Source: Candidatus Poribacteria bacterium
GTDB taxonomy: Bacteria > Poribacteria > WGA-4E > WGA-3G
DNA length: 64,000 bases
Assembly (NCBI GenBank): GCA_964291315.2
Contig: OZ219753.1
Location: forward strand, 992,001-1,056,000
Direction of reading: 5' to 3'
This document shows, in pieces, positions 8,544 to 18,655 of this stretch. The stretch's first letter is position 1. Each line of letters starts with the position of its first letter. The translations under genes and the position numbers were made by a program. The notes under the pieces were generated by a model that worked only from the letters and a program-made list of their open reading frames with translations, ran no database searches and was not told the origin of the DNA.

Positions 8544-11483
8544 CTATTCTGTTTCAGTTTCTTCTTCCTTTTTTATTGCCCCGTTATTCTGCCAATTCTC
8601 CGCTTTTTCTTTGAGTTTTTCAAGGTCTTCTGGTTTCTTGATATCAACGATATGCGGGGTAATAATAATTACGATCTCAGTATTTTCAACAGTTGTTTCG
8701 GTGTCTTTAAAGAGTCTACCGATCAAAGGAATATCGCCTAAGATCGGGAGCTTGTTTTCGACCTCTTTCTGTTTCTGTCGTATGATACCGCCAACCACAA
8801 TCTGCTGTCCATCTTCAACATCGATATAGACACTAATAGCGTTGTCATCAGTAATAGGTGCGTTGAACGCGGTGAACTCGATGAAATTGCTAGCGCTGAT
8901 GTTTTCAATATTTAAACCAATTGTCCGTTTGCCATCTTCACCGACTTGCGATTTAGCGATATAAGGCGTGAGGGAAATGTTAATACCGACTGGTGGATCG
9001 ATGAAATCATAGTTGAATAGCGGTTGTGAGACAGCCTCGCCCAAAATGCTAGTCGTATCAACGCTCTGGAGATAGGGAATGCGTCGCCCGCTACTCCATG
9101 TAGCGTTCCATGAATCTCGCGTTAAAAGCGATGGTGTTGATAGTGTCTGCACTTTGTTCTCGCGAATGAGCGCGTGGAGCAAAGACATGTATTCCTTGGT
9201 TGCTAAACCGATGTTAAAACCGGAAATTTCTTGATCAATCCCGAGCTGACTTTCGAATTCTCCGACGAGGGGGTTACCAGGGCTTGCTGTGACACCGAAG
9301 ATTCTATTCTCTTTTGCAGTGAGCTCAATCCCGAGCTTCGTTGTCTCATCAAGTGTAACTTCCAGGATCTGGATGTCTATCCACACTTGTCCGCGCACAA
9401 AATCTAATTTACTGATCAGAGCTTTAACAGCTGGGAGGTAACGTTGCTGGGTTGTGACGATGAGTGAATTGGTATCGGTGTCGGCAAAAATAGTAACTTT
9501 TCCACGTAAGGAGTTAATGTCTTGTTGTTCTTGTCTGCCGCCTGATGCGAAAAAACGACTGAAGCTAAAACCGCCGCCGCTATCGTCCCCTTCCCAGACC
9601 TGTTGCAGGACCTGCTGCAGTTGTTCGGCATTGCCGTACTCTAAGCGAATTGTCTCCGTAATTTCTCTCTGCCCCTCGGGTGTTGGCACATCCATGGAGT
9701 TGATAAATTCTGTGATGAGCTCAAAATTGCGTTGCGTTGCTGTAGATACAATCACAGCATTGAGCGTCGGGTAGGCTTCAGCTGTTACGTTCCCGGCGAG
9801 TGATCCTTGGGTCTGATTCCTTTGGCGTTCGGCAAGGAAAAAGAAGAAGTTCCCTGTGTTCCCTGAGCTCCCTTGGTAGACGTTGTTAATGACGGCTGCG
9901 ACGTTCTCTGCGTCTGCATATTTGAGTTTATACATTCGCGTGCCCCATTCCTGGTCTGGCATATTGACGTCAAGTTTTTGGATGAGTCCGTCGATCGTCT
10001 CAAAGTTCTGGGCGCTTGTAGAGATAAGGATGGCATTGAGTCTCAAATCGGCAACGAGATGCACCTCGCCTTGCACTCCAAATCCGCCGCTGCTTTCTTC
10101 ATTAGATCGCCGGGGTCGACGTTCCCACCATGGACGATCTCTGTCTCTACCGGCACTGCCGCCTTCAAAAAGGTCCTGTAGGCTCGGCACGAGCGTCTCA
10201 GCGTCTGCAAACTTAAGAAAATAGAGTCTGATTTCTTCTTGTGTCTGTTCTTGGTCAAGTTCTGCGATAATTTTTTCGATGATAGAGAAATTCCGCGGAT
10301 CTGAGGAGACAACCAGGATGTTGAGTCGTGCATTGTGAGAAACGTTGATGTTGCCAACGATTCCCTGCGATTGATCTACGCCTTGTTCACGTTGGAACTG
10401 TCTAAACTTTGCGCGCTCCCAAGCGTCCATTCTGCCTCTATTTTGGTTACGTTCGCCCGTAAGAATCTCTTGAAGTATTTCAGCGACATCCTCAGCAGAC
10501 GCATAATCGAGGCGGAAGGTCCGTATTTGTGTCTGTAAGCTCGGTGCGACATCGAGCTCTTTAACGATCTCTCGGAGGAACACCAGGTTTGCCTCAGAGG
10601 CTTTCAGCACTAGTGAATTAGAGCTTGTTTCAGCAACGATCTTGATTGCGCCGTCTAGAACCTCATAGCCGACACCGCCGGCTTTCATCTCCGCGGCTGC
10701 CTCGACTGCTTCTTCGGCACTCATCCCTGGGCCACTGCTTTTGGCCTGTCTGTTGTCGTCGTCTGTCCCCTGAAAAATGTTGGTCAACGTTTGGGCCAGC
10801 GTGCCTGCTTCAGCATACGCAAGCGGCATAATGAGGATCTTTAGCGGGAAACGTTCCCCCTCGTCAGCGACTTGGAGAATGGAAACGATGCGCCGTATAT
10901 TCGAGGCGACATCCGTTATAATGAGCGTATTTGTGGCGGTGTCTGCAAAGATGTTTGCCTGTTTATTCAGAAGCGGTTTCAACCTGTCTACTTGTTCGGA
11001 GGCAACCACGCTATTTAATTGGATGATGTAGGTTTGAATCTCGTCTGTCATATCGACGAGATCAGGATCGGGTGCAATATTTTTGACAGTGCCTTTTGTT
11101 GCTATCGCGCGAGCGAACGTTGTAATTAAGAGCGTGTTATCAGTCTGAATGAGCGTGAGGTCATACTGGGTCAAGACAGTTTTAATTTTTTCTATGATCT
11201 CTTCAAGGGTTACATTTCTCAGGTTAATCAGTGAAAATCTTTTATCTCGGATGTCCTCTTCGCTGGCGATAATTGTGAGATCTGTTTCTCGTGAAAGCCA
11301 CTGAAATAAGCCTTTTAGTTCTTGGCTGGTAAAGTTAAAGTCAAAACGAATTGCCCGGCCCTCTTCGTCTGTTTGGGCGACGCGCATTGTAGGTTCTTGT
11401 TCCTGCGCGAGCGGTTCAACGAGTGCAACGGTGAACAGGCCCAGACAGAGCAGTGAGATAGATAAAAGTTTGCGTCCTTGCAT
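8544..11483 (-). CDS. gspD: type II secretion secretin GspD with expanded N-domains
   Basis: Signal peptide, N0 domain, six Secretin_N-like repeats, core motifs QVWIDIQILEV, STPSLL, DGQQIVVGGII, KLPILGDIPLIGRLFK, IIITPHIV. Confidence 0.92.
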   Translation of the reverse strand: MQGRKLLSISLLCLGLFTVALVEPLAQEQEPTMRVAQTDEEGRAIRFDFNFTSQELKGLFQWLSRETDLTIIASEEDIRDKRFSLINLRNVTLEEIIEKIKTVLTQYDLTLIQTDNTLLITTFARAIATKGTVKNIAPDPDLVDMTDEIQTYIIQLNSVVASEQVDRLKPLLNKQANIFADTATNTLIITDVASNIRRIVSILQVADEGERFPLKILIMPLAYAEAGTLAQTLTNIFQGTDDDNRQAKSSGPGMSAEEAVEAAAEMKAGGVGYEVLDGAIKIVAETSSNSLVLKASEANLVFLREIVKELDVAPSLQTQIRTFRLDYASAEDVAEILQEILTGERNQNRGRMDAWERAKFRQFQREQGVDQSQGIVGNINVSHNARLNILVVSSDPRNFSIIEKIIAELDQEQTQEEIRLYFLKFADAETLVPSLQDLFEGGSAGRDRDRPWWERRPRRSNEESSGGFGVQGEVHLVADLRLNAILISTSAQNFETIDGLIQKLDVNMPDQEWGTRMYKLKYADAENVAAVINNVYQGSSGNTGNFFFFLAERQRNQTQGSLAGNVTAEAYPTLNAVIVSTATQRNFELITEFINSMDVPTPEGQREITETIRLEYGNAEQLQQVLQQVWEGDDSGGGFSFSRFFASGGRQEQQDINSLRGKVTIFADTDTNSLIVTTQQRYLPAVKALISKLDFVRGQVWIDIQILEVTLDETTKLGIELTAKENRIFGVTASPGNPLVGEFESQLGIDQEISGFNIGLATKEYMSLLHALIRENKVQTLSTPSLLTRDSWNATWSSGRRIPYLQSVDTTSILGEAVSQPLFNYDFIDPPVGINISLTPYIAKSQVGEDGKRTIGLNIENISASNFIEFTAFNAPITDDNAISVYIDVEDGQQIVVGGIIRQKQKEVENKLPILGDIPLIGRLFKDTETTVENTEIVIIITPHIVDIKKPEDLEKLKEKAENWQNNGAIKKEEETETE

Positions 11484-11595
11484 AAATCCGATCCTTTTGA
11501 AGGGGTGTTAATTGTCGGGTATCAACTTCGGGTTACTATTTAATTCCACAATATCTGGTTTAACCGAAAACTGACGACCCATAACCGATACATAT

Positions 11596-12846
11596 TTAAA
11601 ATATTCGAGCGACAAGAAATATATCCACATTTAATTCTGATGCCCTGTCGCTTCCTGGATTCCGACCGCGCGCTGCCATGGAGCGCGATTCAGCCTGCTT
11701 ATCAGGGGAGATTCGCAGGTCGCGCACTGTTAGCCACTTCGCATTTGTTTCGAGAAGATAATTTAATTTTACGAGCTTTTCGAGATCTGTTTTGAATTTC
11801 ATCTCCGCCACATACATTTCGGTTTGATAGGTTGGCGGTGCTGATGCCAGTCGATCGACAAGCTCTGCTTGTTGTTCTTGGATCTTTTTGACATACTCAA
11901 CAAGTGCGCGCTGCACTTTGTCTGGATCTAACGGTTCTTCGGTCTCGACTGTGTCTAGCGCCTCATTGAGAAAATCCAATAGCTTGCTATCTGCCCGCAA
12001 CTGGACTTCGACAGTAGCAGGCTTTGCCCCGATACCGAAAATACCGGATACGGCGGGAACTGTGGTTTTGTGAACTTGGGTGTCAAAGAAACCGTGTGTG
12101 AAGTCTGTTGCCCCGCGTAAATCCTGCAGTGTCATGGCCTTGATGAACGCTGCGAGTTTAATGCGAATCGAAATAGGGATGGTTTCCGGAAGCGGTGCAA
12201 ATTTCCATGCTGCTGCTGCTGCTATCGGATCCGTTGGCCGGGTGTTGTGCTTGGGTTCCTGTTTTTGCGTGACGGGTTCTGGCTCCTTGTCGTTTTCACT
12301 GCCAGAGAGCCATGCGTCCATGAGGTTTTTGAAGGCGCCTATGCCTTCCTGTGGTTCAACAATTGCTATAAGTTCCTGTTCTTCTGCCTCTAGATGTTTG
12401 AAGTAGAGGTAGCGCACCAGGTTTTCCCGTGTTTGCATGGTCAGTTTTTGGGTCTGTTTAGCAGTCCCCGGTTTTGTGAGAAGTTGATAATTTTGCTGGA
12501 TACCGGCTCTTCTAACAAGTGCGTCAATGTGTGCCCGAACAACAGTTTCCGGAGACCCTCTGTCAAAAAGCGTAACAGCGTTTTGTACACGAGGTGCCAT
12601 CCGTGAAGCCGGAGGGGCTAGTCCTGTCGCCTTGTAAATTTCATATTCAACTGCTTTGAATATACCGGCGGCGTAGACTAAATTCTCGCTTTTTAACAAC
12701 TCCTCTTGTCTTGCTTCAATATCTCTATTTGTAAACAGATCGTAAAAAGCCGGGACGACTTGTAGCCCAAGCATAGCTAAAAGCAGACACCCCAAAATAC
12801 CGAGTAAGATTTTAATTCGAGGCGTTAATTCAAAATTCAATTCCAT
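11596..12846 (-). CDS. GspM/PilO-like assembly-platform protein
   Basis: N-terminal TM, C-terminal ferredoxin-like 'LEKLVKLNYLLE..WLTVRDLRI' pattern, position between gspL-like gene and gspD. Confidence 0.6.
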   Translation of the reverse strand: MELNFELTPRIKILLGILGCLLLAMLGLQVVPAFYDLFTNRDIEARQEELLKSENLVYAAGIFKAVEYEIYKATGLAPPASRMAPRVQNAVTLFDRGSPETVVRAHIDALVRRAGIQQNYQLLTKPGTAKQTQKLTMQTRENLVRYLYFKHLEAEEQELIAIVEPQEGIGAFKNLMDAWLSGSENDKEPEPVTQKQEPKHNTRPTDPIAAAAAWKFAPLPETIPISIRIKLAAFIKAMTLQDLRGATDFTHGFFDTQVHKTTVPAVSGIFGIGAKPATVEVQLRADSKLLDFLNEALDTVETEEPLDPDKVQRALVEYVKKIQEQQAELVDRLASAPPTYQTEMYVAEMKFKTDLEKLVKLNYLLETNAKWLTVRDLRISPDKQAESRSMAARGRNPGSDRASELNVDIFLVARIF

Positions 12847-12900
12847 GAGCGACCTTTCTATAAACGCGCATGTTTCTCAAAAACAGCGAAGACGGGCGTT

Positions 12901-14727
12901 TTATTCGTCTTTTTCATTGTCTCTATTTTCGTCAGTTTCCGACGCGGGTTGGTTATCGTTAGATTCGGGCTCTGTTTGCATCTCATCTGTCGACGCGGGT
13001 TGGTTATCGTTGGATTCGGGCTCTGTTTGGATCTCATCTGCTGATAGCTCAGGGGGCGGGTAGCGTTTCTTCGCGAACGCCCGGACAGCAGAGGCGGTAA
13101 GGTTACATCGCACCTGCACTTGGAAAGCCTGTCTCCCACTTTGAGCTGCGGTTGTAACCTCGCCCGCTTGAACGTTGGTAAAAACCTGTGAGCGGTTGAG
13201 GGTTGCCAAGAGGGAATTGATTGCGTTGTGTGAGCTACTCTCTAGGTTGAAGGTAATACGTGCGTTTTCTGGTACGTTGAGATTGGTAATATTGAAGTTG
13301 GTCCACGCCACCTGTGTCCTATCTCGAAACATCTCGCTGAGCACGTGGAGGATATCGAGGGGCGAGATATGATGCGCTAGCATGTCTGTGATTGCTAATT
13401 CCCGACTGAGCTGCACCTTGGCTGATGCCATAGGTTGTGCGTAATAGGCGAGTTGTCTGTTCACTGCATCCGACTTGTGCTGCTGCGTGCGGTGGAGCGT
13501 ATAGCTGCTAAAAAGGCCCCCACAGATAATCAGGGCGCCTAATCCGGCGGAGGCGAAAAGTTGACGTTGGCGTGTTGACTGGGTCAGCATTTCGACGGCT
13601 TCTTTCGGCAGGAGCGACACTTTTGTTGCAGGGTTTACGGCATTAAGAGCAACCCCTAGGGGTACAGCGAGGGTGTCCCCCCATTCATCGAGAGCTGCTT
13701 TTACTTGAGCGCTTGCGAGGTGCATGTCAATACCTTCGGAGTGCTCGAGAGCGTCAACGGGATTCCAGAGGCGTGTTATTCTGCCGAGGTCAGTTTCACA
13801 AGCCGTTGTTAGTTCGGGAAGGCGCGAGCCGCTGCCACATAGCCAGAGCTCGGCCTCAATTTCTGAGGGTGTGAGGGCTTCGGTGCCGCCTACATTTTCT
13901 GGTCTCCCAAGGTCATCAGTTTCTGAATATATCTTTGAGGCAGCAATTGAACGTCGGAGTTCGCTAATGAGATGCGCTGTCCATTCAGATGCAAGCGGTT
14001 CCGTGGTCGAGACGTGCTGCTGTTCCTGGACTGCTCCGGCATCAATGTTGGGTGCATGGTTCTGACGTTCAGAAGAAGGTTGTGCGGAGAGCCTGAAACT
14101 CCGCGAGAACCGAAGAACCCCATCTTGTATGAAGCAGAAGTCTGCGTGTTCAGTCCCGATGTCAACGATGAAAGTTGGTTGTGTGCAAGCGCTTCTGGCG
14201 GCGACTTCAGCAATGGCTATGGTTGAAGGTATGACGGCAGAGGCCGACACGCCGATTTGTTCGAGAAAATGGAGGTAATCTGTGACTGTGGAGCGGCGAG
14301 TCGATATTAGCTCAACTGAAACTCCGTCTGAGATGCGCTGGACATCGTGGTAGGTAAAGATCGCCTCATCGACCCGAAAAGGGAGCTCTGTTTCTGCTGC
14401 GAGGGCGACGATACCGGCGAGCTGCTGATCGGTTGCGTCTGGTAGGTTTCCTAAACGTTTTGTACTCACTAGGAACCGTGGAAGAGCAACCGCGATTTCT
14501 GTGCGATTTCTGCTAAATAGGGAAAGAAAGTTATGCTGCGTCAGTCGGTTGTCTAAGGATTTCCAAAGCTGGGCTACGGAGTCGACAGCTTGCTGTCGAT
14601 CTGCTCCATCTGAATACGTCACAACGTTCGCATTGATGAGATGCACACCTGTGGACGATAGCTCGAGTTGAACCATTTTCGCTGTGTTTGTGCCGATATC
14701 TATCGCCACGACTTGGTTTTTTCCCAT
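12901..14727 (-). CDS. GspL-like protein (PilM actin-like domain + TM + PilN-like domain)
   Basis: VAIDIGTNTAKMVQL, IVDIG, LCGSGSRLPEL, 'VSLLP' before the TM, then a periplasmic domain. Confidence 0.8.
   Translation of the reverse strand: MGKNQVVAIDIGTNTAKMVQLELSSTGVHLINANVVTYSDGADRQQAVDSVAQLWKSLDNRLTQHNFLSLFSRNRTEIAVALPRFLVSTKRLGNLPDATDQQLAGIVALAAETELPFRVDEAIFTYHDVQRISDGVSVELISTRRSTVTDYLHFLEQIGVSASAVIPSTIAIAEVAARSACTQPTFIVDIGTEHADFCFIQDGVLRFSRSFRLSAQPSSERQNHAPNIDAGAVQEQQHVSTTEPLASEWTAHLISELRRSIAASKIYSETDDLGRPENVGGTEALTPSEIEAELWLCGSGSRLPELTTACETDLGRITRLWNPVDALEHSEGIDMHLASAQVKAALDEWGDTLAVPLGVALNAVNPATKVSLLPKEAVEMLTQSTRQRQLFASAGLGALIICGGLFSSYTLHRTQQHKSDAVNRQLAYYAQPMASAKVQLSRELAITDMLAHHISPLDILHVLSEMFRDRTQVAWTNFNITNLNVPENARITFNLESSSHNAINSLLATLNRSQVFTNVQAGEVTTAAQSGRQAFQVQVRCNLTASAVRAFAKKRYPPPELSADEIQTEPESNDNQPASTDEMQTEPESNDNQPASETDENRDNEKDE
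12940..13040. repeat. 51-bp in-frame tandem duplication
   Basis: Two copies with 2 mismatches, encoding DE(I/M)QTEPESNDNQPAS. Confidence 0.95.
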
Positions 14728-14829
14728 TTTTTTAACGACTGCTCCTCAGCAGGGTTGTCCTTGTCAACGTTGATTTAAAATTAGAGATGCATTGAGACAG
14801 TAGGTGCGCTGGATTAAAAGTTTGACGAT

Positions 14830-16410
14830 TTAAAAATCTTGCCGCCAATATTGGAGCTGCATCTCATTGCCTGTTCGGTCAATGATACCGATACATGTTG
14901 AAATAGTTTCCCCGGCGATATCGACCCCGTTTGCTTCGATTCGGTATCCGTGTGAGCGGTAGGTCACCCAGTCAACTACTTCGCGAAACGTGTCGAAGTC
15001 AATCTCTGTTAGTTCAGAGAGTTGTGAGATATTCGTAAACGGATTTCCGGTTATTTCTTCATCCGTAAAGCTTTGTATTTGCGAAGTATCGGGAGGGTCT
15101 TGCTCCCTGCGTGTGACAATTGCTAACGCCTTTTCTGGGTCCATCCCGGGTAGTAGTGCCAAGATCTCCGGTGGGGCTGTATTTATATTAATCAGTCCGC
15201 TCCGGGTTTCCTCATCTTTTAGTGTTATTTTATCGACAATCGCGATGAATTCTTGCTGTGTTAACATTTTGACATCTTTGATAGCGTCAATGTTCTGAAA
15301 AACCCCTTGTGTGTCTCGATGGTTGACAAGCCGCTCGGCGATTCCTTGATCTACCCCTGGTAAGGTTTCTAGGGTTTCAACATCAGCGGTATTAATATTA
15401 ATTTGCCCATTTTCGTCTTGCTGTTGCCTGTTTTGTGCGTTGGGATCGCTGTTTTCCTCGCCTTGTGTGTCTTCAGCTGATTCTTCGGTAGTCAACCGGT
15501 TTTGAATATTGTTGAAAATTTCGTCGGAGACGGCTTGGACATCTACTAGTGCGGCAAGCTTGTCGACATCGCGTTGCTGGATCAGTGATTCCGCCTCGCC
15601 TTGTGTAAAGACAGGTTGCCCTTGCTGCCCGTTGATGTTGGTCAGTGCAGCTGCCTCGGCGGTGTTAATATTGACCAGTGCTTGCCCCTCCGGATCTGTG
15701 CTTGCGTCGATGGAATAGATAGTAGCCAAGTCAACAAGCCCAGGTTGTTTATCGGTTGCGGATGCCTGTGGATTACCGGGTGCTGCCCCGCTATCCCTTC
15801 CCGCTGTCATGCTGGTTTGTGTGGAACCACTTGCCTGCTGTGCCCCGTAGAGAAGCTCGGCGGTCATGCCGTCTACTCGAGCGAGATCTCGGACTGTGCG
15901 GTAGGGCTGCCCTTCCACGATTTTGTTGGCAAGTTCTTCGGTTAACATATCATCTGGATTGGCCCCGGCTTGGGCGAGCAAATTGCTGATGATGCCTGCA
16001 TCGGCGGTATTGACATTCACTTTTGATGCCTCATCCGTGATAGTTACACGATAGTTTAAGTAATTACCGGGTTGGACTCCATCTTCGATCTGTCCTTCAA
16101 GCGGGTTGACCCAGCTTTCCCCGAGTGAATCGAAAGGTGTCTGGTCATCACGCATCCGCGCCAGTGTCCATTCGAACCCGGCTCTCGCGGCGTAGTGAAA
16201 TTTGGCTCTGTCCAAGAAATTCCGCTGCGTCCGTTGCTCTATATGAATGGAATAGAGGAGCTGCGTTGCCAAAATTGAGAGGATCGTCAGTATCCAGAGG
16301 GTTGAAATGAGGGATAAGCCGCGCTGCTCCTTGCATAGTGAGTGAAAAGTCTGCTTTATAAACTGCCGCATTTGTCCATTTTCCCTAGCGTTCGGCTCCT
16401 GCAGTAGCAC
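14830..16410 (-). CDS. gspK: minor pseudopilin GspK with multiple HhH repeats
   Basis: G|LSLISTLWIL prepilin site without E5, DSLGESW, ITDEASKVNVNTA, four xNxNTA repeats; real start may be 16371. Confidence 0.85.
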   Translation of the reverse strand: MLLQEPNARENGQMRQFIKQTFHSLCKEQRGLSLISTLWILTILSILATQLLYSIHIEQRTQRNFLDRAKFHYAARAGFEWTLARMRDDQTPFDSLGESWVNPLEGQIEDGVQPGNYLNYRVTITDEASKVNVNTADAGIISNLLAQAGANPDDMLTEELANKIVEGQPYRTVRDLARVDGMTAELLYGAQQASGSTQTSMTAGRDSGAAPGNPQASATDKQPGLVDLATIYSIDASTDPEGQALVNINTAEAAALTNINGQQGQPVFTQGEAESLIQQRDVDKLAALVDVQAVSDEIFNNIQNRLTTEESAEDTQGEENSDPNAQNRQQQDENGQININTADVETLETLPGVDQGIAERLVNHRDTQGVFQNIDAIKDVKMLTQQEFIAIVDKITLKDEETRSGLININTAPPEILALLPGMDPEKALAIVTRREQDPPDTSQIQSFTDEEITGNPFTNISQLSELTEIDFDTFREVVDWVTYRSHGYRIEANGVDIAGETISTCIGIIDRTGNEMQLQYWRQDF

Positions 16411-17356
16411 TTGCGGGTAGATATACCATCGTTGATTGTGTCATACTGTTTGGCTGTGATGCTGGCTGATTTTGCGTTCCGCGTTGGGTTGTATCCATAT
16501 TTATTGTTTGCTCTAGTCCGCCTTGGACGGTTATAAGGATTTGAACGGCTCTCGGTATACTTTCTGTATCGTCCCAGGAGGGTCTCCAATTTTCTGTTTC
16601 TCCATCAAAATATTTCAGATCGAAGCTGACAAGTCCCCCAACAAGAGGTGCTACGTTGACGTAAATAGGATCGCCGTTCTCGTCCGTTTCTGGAACCTGA
16701 CCACTTTGTAACAAGACAGCGATAACGGATTCAGGATCGAGGGTTGTCGTTGCGACTCGAAAGAGGGCGTATTCACCGGGCTCCTCGGCACTTGTCTCGT
16801 CTGCAATTCCGCCTTGGAACGCTCCTGAACTTAAAGCGGATTCACCTGGGGGCGGTTCAGCGCCTACGAAGTAAGCCACGCGTTGCACATCGCTTAGAAG
16901 CGGTGGGGCTTGTGCAGCGTTCTGGCGTTGAAAGCTTGCCAGCTCTTCTAGAAAGGGATCTGGATCTGTGTTTGCGAGTGTGACGAAGCTTAACATATCG
17001 CGTTCGCCAACTTGACTCGGACCATCTTGCGTATAGAGTGCAAGCTCGGGTTCTTCGGCCGAGGCCAGTATGTTTCCCAGATCGGTTACAAGTCGCCCCA
17101 TAGCTACCCGGCATCTTTGTGCTGCCAAGATCCGTGCCTCTGTCTTATGATAGGCATCTACAGCTGTCTTGAAAGCAAAATATGCCGAGCCGCCTATAAT
17201 AACGAGTATGCTAACCGCCATGAGCATTTCGATGAGTGTCAACCCATTTTCAGTGGTGACGTGAGCGAGGAATTCTTTCGCGTGCACTTTTTTTGGTATG
17301 CGGTGTCTCGGTTTATAGTAGGGCATCTTATTTCCTGTGAGAGCTCGTTGCGGCAA
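16385..17356 (-). CDS. gspJ: minor pseudopilin GspJ
   Basis: G|LTLIEMLMAV, 'FDLKYFD..W..SWD...IPRAVQI' C-terminal pattern. Confidence 0.8.
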   Translation of the reverse strand: MPQRALTGNKMPYYKPRHRIPKKVHAKEFLAHVTTENGLTLIEMLMAVSILVIIGGSAYFAFKTAVDAYHKTEARILAAQRCRVAMGRLVTDLGNILASAEEPELALYTQDGPSQVGERDMLSFVTLANTDPDPFLEELASFQRQNAAQAPPLLSDVQRVAYFVGAEPPPGESALSSGAFQGGIADETSAEEPGEYALFRVATTTLDPESVIAVLLQSGQVPETDENGDPIYVNVAPLVGGLVSFDLKYFDGETENWRPSWDDTESIPRAVQILITVQGGLEQTINMDTTQRGTQNQPASQPNSMTQSTMVYLPASATAGAER

Positions 17357-17373
17357 TCCGACTCTATTGGTCT

Positions 17374-17811
17374 CTATTGACTTTGAGGCTTCTGGCGGTC
17401 GGCCATAAATGTGCTCATAGCCATTGAACGTTCTCTACTTCTGTGTTGCCATGTGACGGTGACCGTAACTCGCCGGACGTTTTCAACCTGTTCAGATTGA
17501 ACATCTTCAACAACAGAGCGCCACTGATAACGGGTGTTTTCCCCGAATTCACCTGTCTCCTCTCCGACCTCCGGGTAGCCGCTCATCTCAATTTCTGCCA
17601 TCCGGAATTTGAGAAGGTAGAGGGCAGTTGTGCTGTTGTCTGAAAGTCCTTGGTTACGTGTAGCGGACGCAAACGCCTGCAAAAGTGCAGGCAGCGCAGC
17701 AGCGAGAATCGTTAACGTTACCAATATCTCGATGAGCGTAAAGCCGTTTCTCTCTTTTTGGATTGCGTGCTTGATTAAAGTCCACATGTTTTTAGTGCTT
17801 TCCGTTGACAA
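17374..17811 (-). CDS. gspI: minor pseudopilin GspI
   Basis: G|FTLIEILV, 'YQW...VRRVTVTVTW' pattern. Confidence 0.8.
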   Translation of the reverse strand: MSTESTKNMWTLIKHAIQKERNGFTLIEILVTLTILAAALPALLQAFASATRNQGLSDNSTTALYLLKFRMAEIEMSGYPEVGEETGEFGENTRYQWRSVVEDVQSEQVENVRRVTVTVTWQHRSRERSMAMSTFMADRQKPQSQ

Positions 17812-17847
17812 TTGTGGGAAACGCTTCAGATACGGTGGAACGGGTGC

Positions 17848-18573
17848 TTAATTTTCGGCTGCAAACCCTAACATTTCAATTTCGCTAGGCACAAGCTGCC
17901 GGACGCGAACTCGTCCGCTGGCCGCTTCCACAGCTACAGACATTACCTGATTTCGCGAGTTACGGAGATACACAAGGGTTTCCTCAGAGGTTGCGTGCGG
18001 TGAAAAATAGACGTAAGCCACGCCGGAATCGGTTTGCACGGTTCTGCCGTTGAGGCGGGTTACGATTGAGGCTAAGGCCACGTTCTGTTCCATTGCGTGC
18101 GGCACACCAAGGATACCGCTGGTACGAGACATAGGATTCTGTTGCGTGCTGTTTCTTGATGTAACATTGGCTCTCTCCATATTGTTGTTCTGGAGAGCGG
18201 CTAACACTGTTGAATTTTGAGCCGTAACCGATGACTTGAGCGGGTCGCGTGGGTTAAACGTTTCGCTAGAGGCAAGCCAATATCGGTTGCTGTCGAGATC
18301 GAAGACGACCAGGTACGTTGTCCTATCTGTTATTGCCATGTCTCTTGCAAAGGTGAGTAGACTACGGAGTGTGTGTGCAGAGGATTTTAGGCGGCGTGTT
18401 GCCGCGAAACCCTTTAGGGCGGGCATGGAAATTGCGGAGAGCACCCCGATCAACGTCAAAACAAGCAACAGCTCCGTGATTGTAAATCCCAGATTTGTGG
18501 ATAGCCTGCCCCCATTAACTGGAGATAGCTGCTGATACTTGGAAAGGTAAAAGAAGCGGTTACGATCCTTCAC
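17848..18573 (-). CDS. gspH: minor pseudopilin GspH/FimT-like
   Basis: G|FTITELLLV, 'L..ARDMAI', 'YFSP', 'SGRVR' pattern. Confidence 0.75.
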   Translation of the reverse strand: MKDRNRFFYLSKYQQLSPVNGGRLSTNLGFTITELLLVLTLIGVLSAISMPALKGFAATRRLKSSAHTLRSLLTFARDMAITDRTTYLVVFDLDSNRYWLASSETFNPRDPLKSSVTAQNSTVLAALQNNNMERANVTSRNSTQQNPMSRTSGILGVPHAMEQNVALASIVTRLNGRTVQTDSGVAYVYFSPHATSEETLVYLRNSRNQVMSVAVEAASGRVRVRQLVPSEIEMLGFAAEN

Positions 18574-18655
18574 ATTTCACTCCTGCCGTTAACGCTCTTG
18601 AAGTGTCTCTGATGATAACCTATAAACAAGCCTTGATAGTGCCGCGACACTGCGT

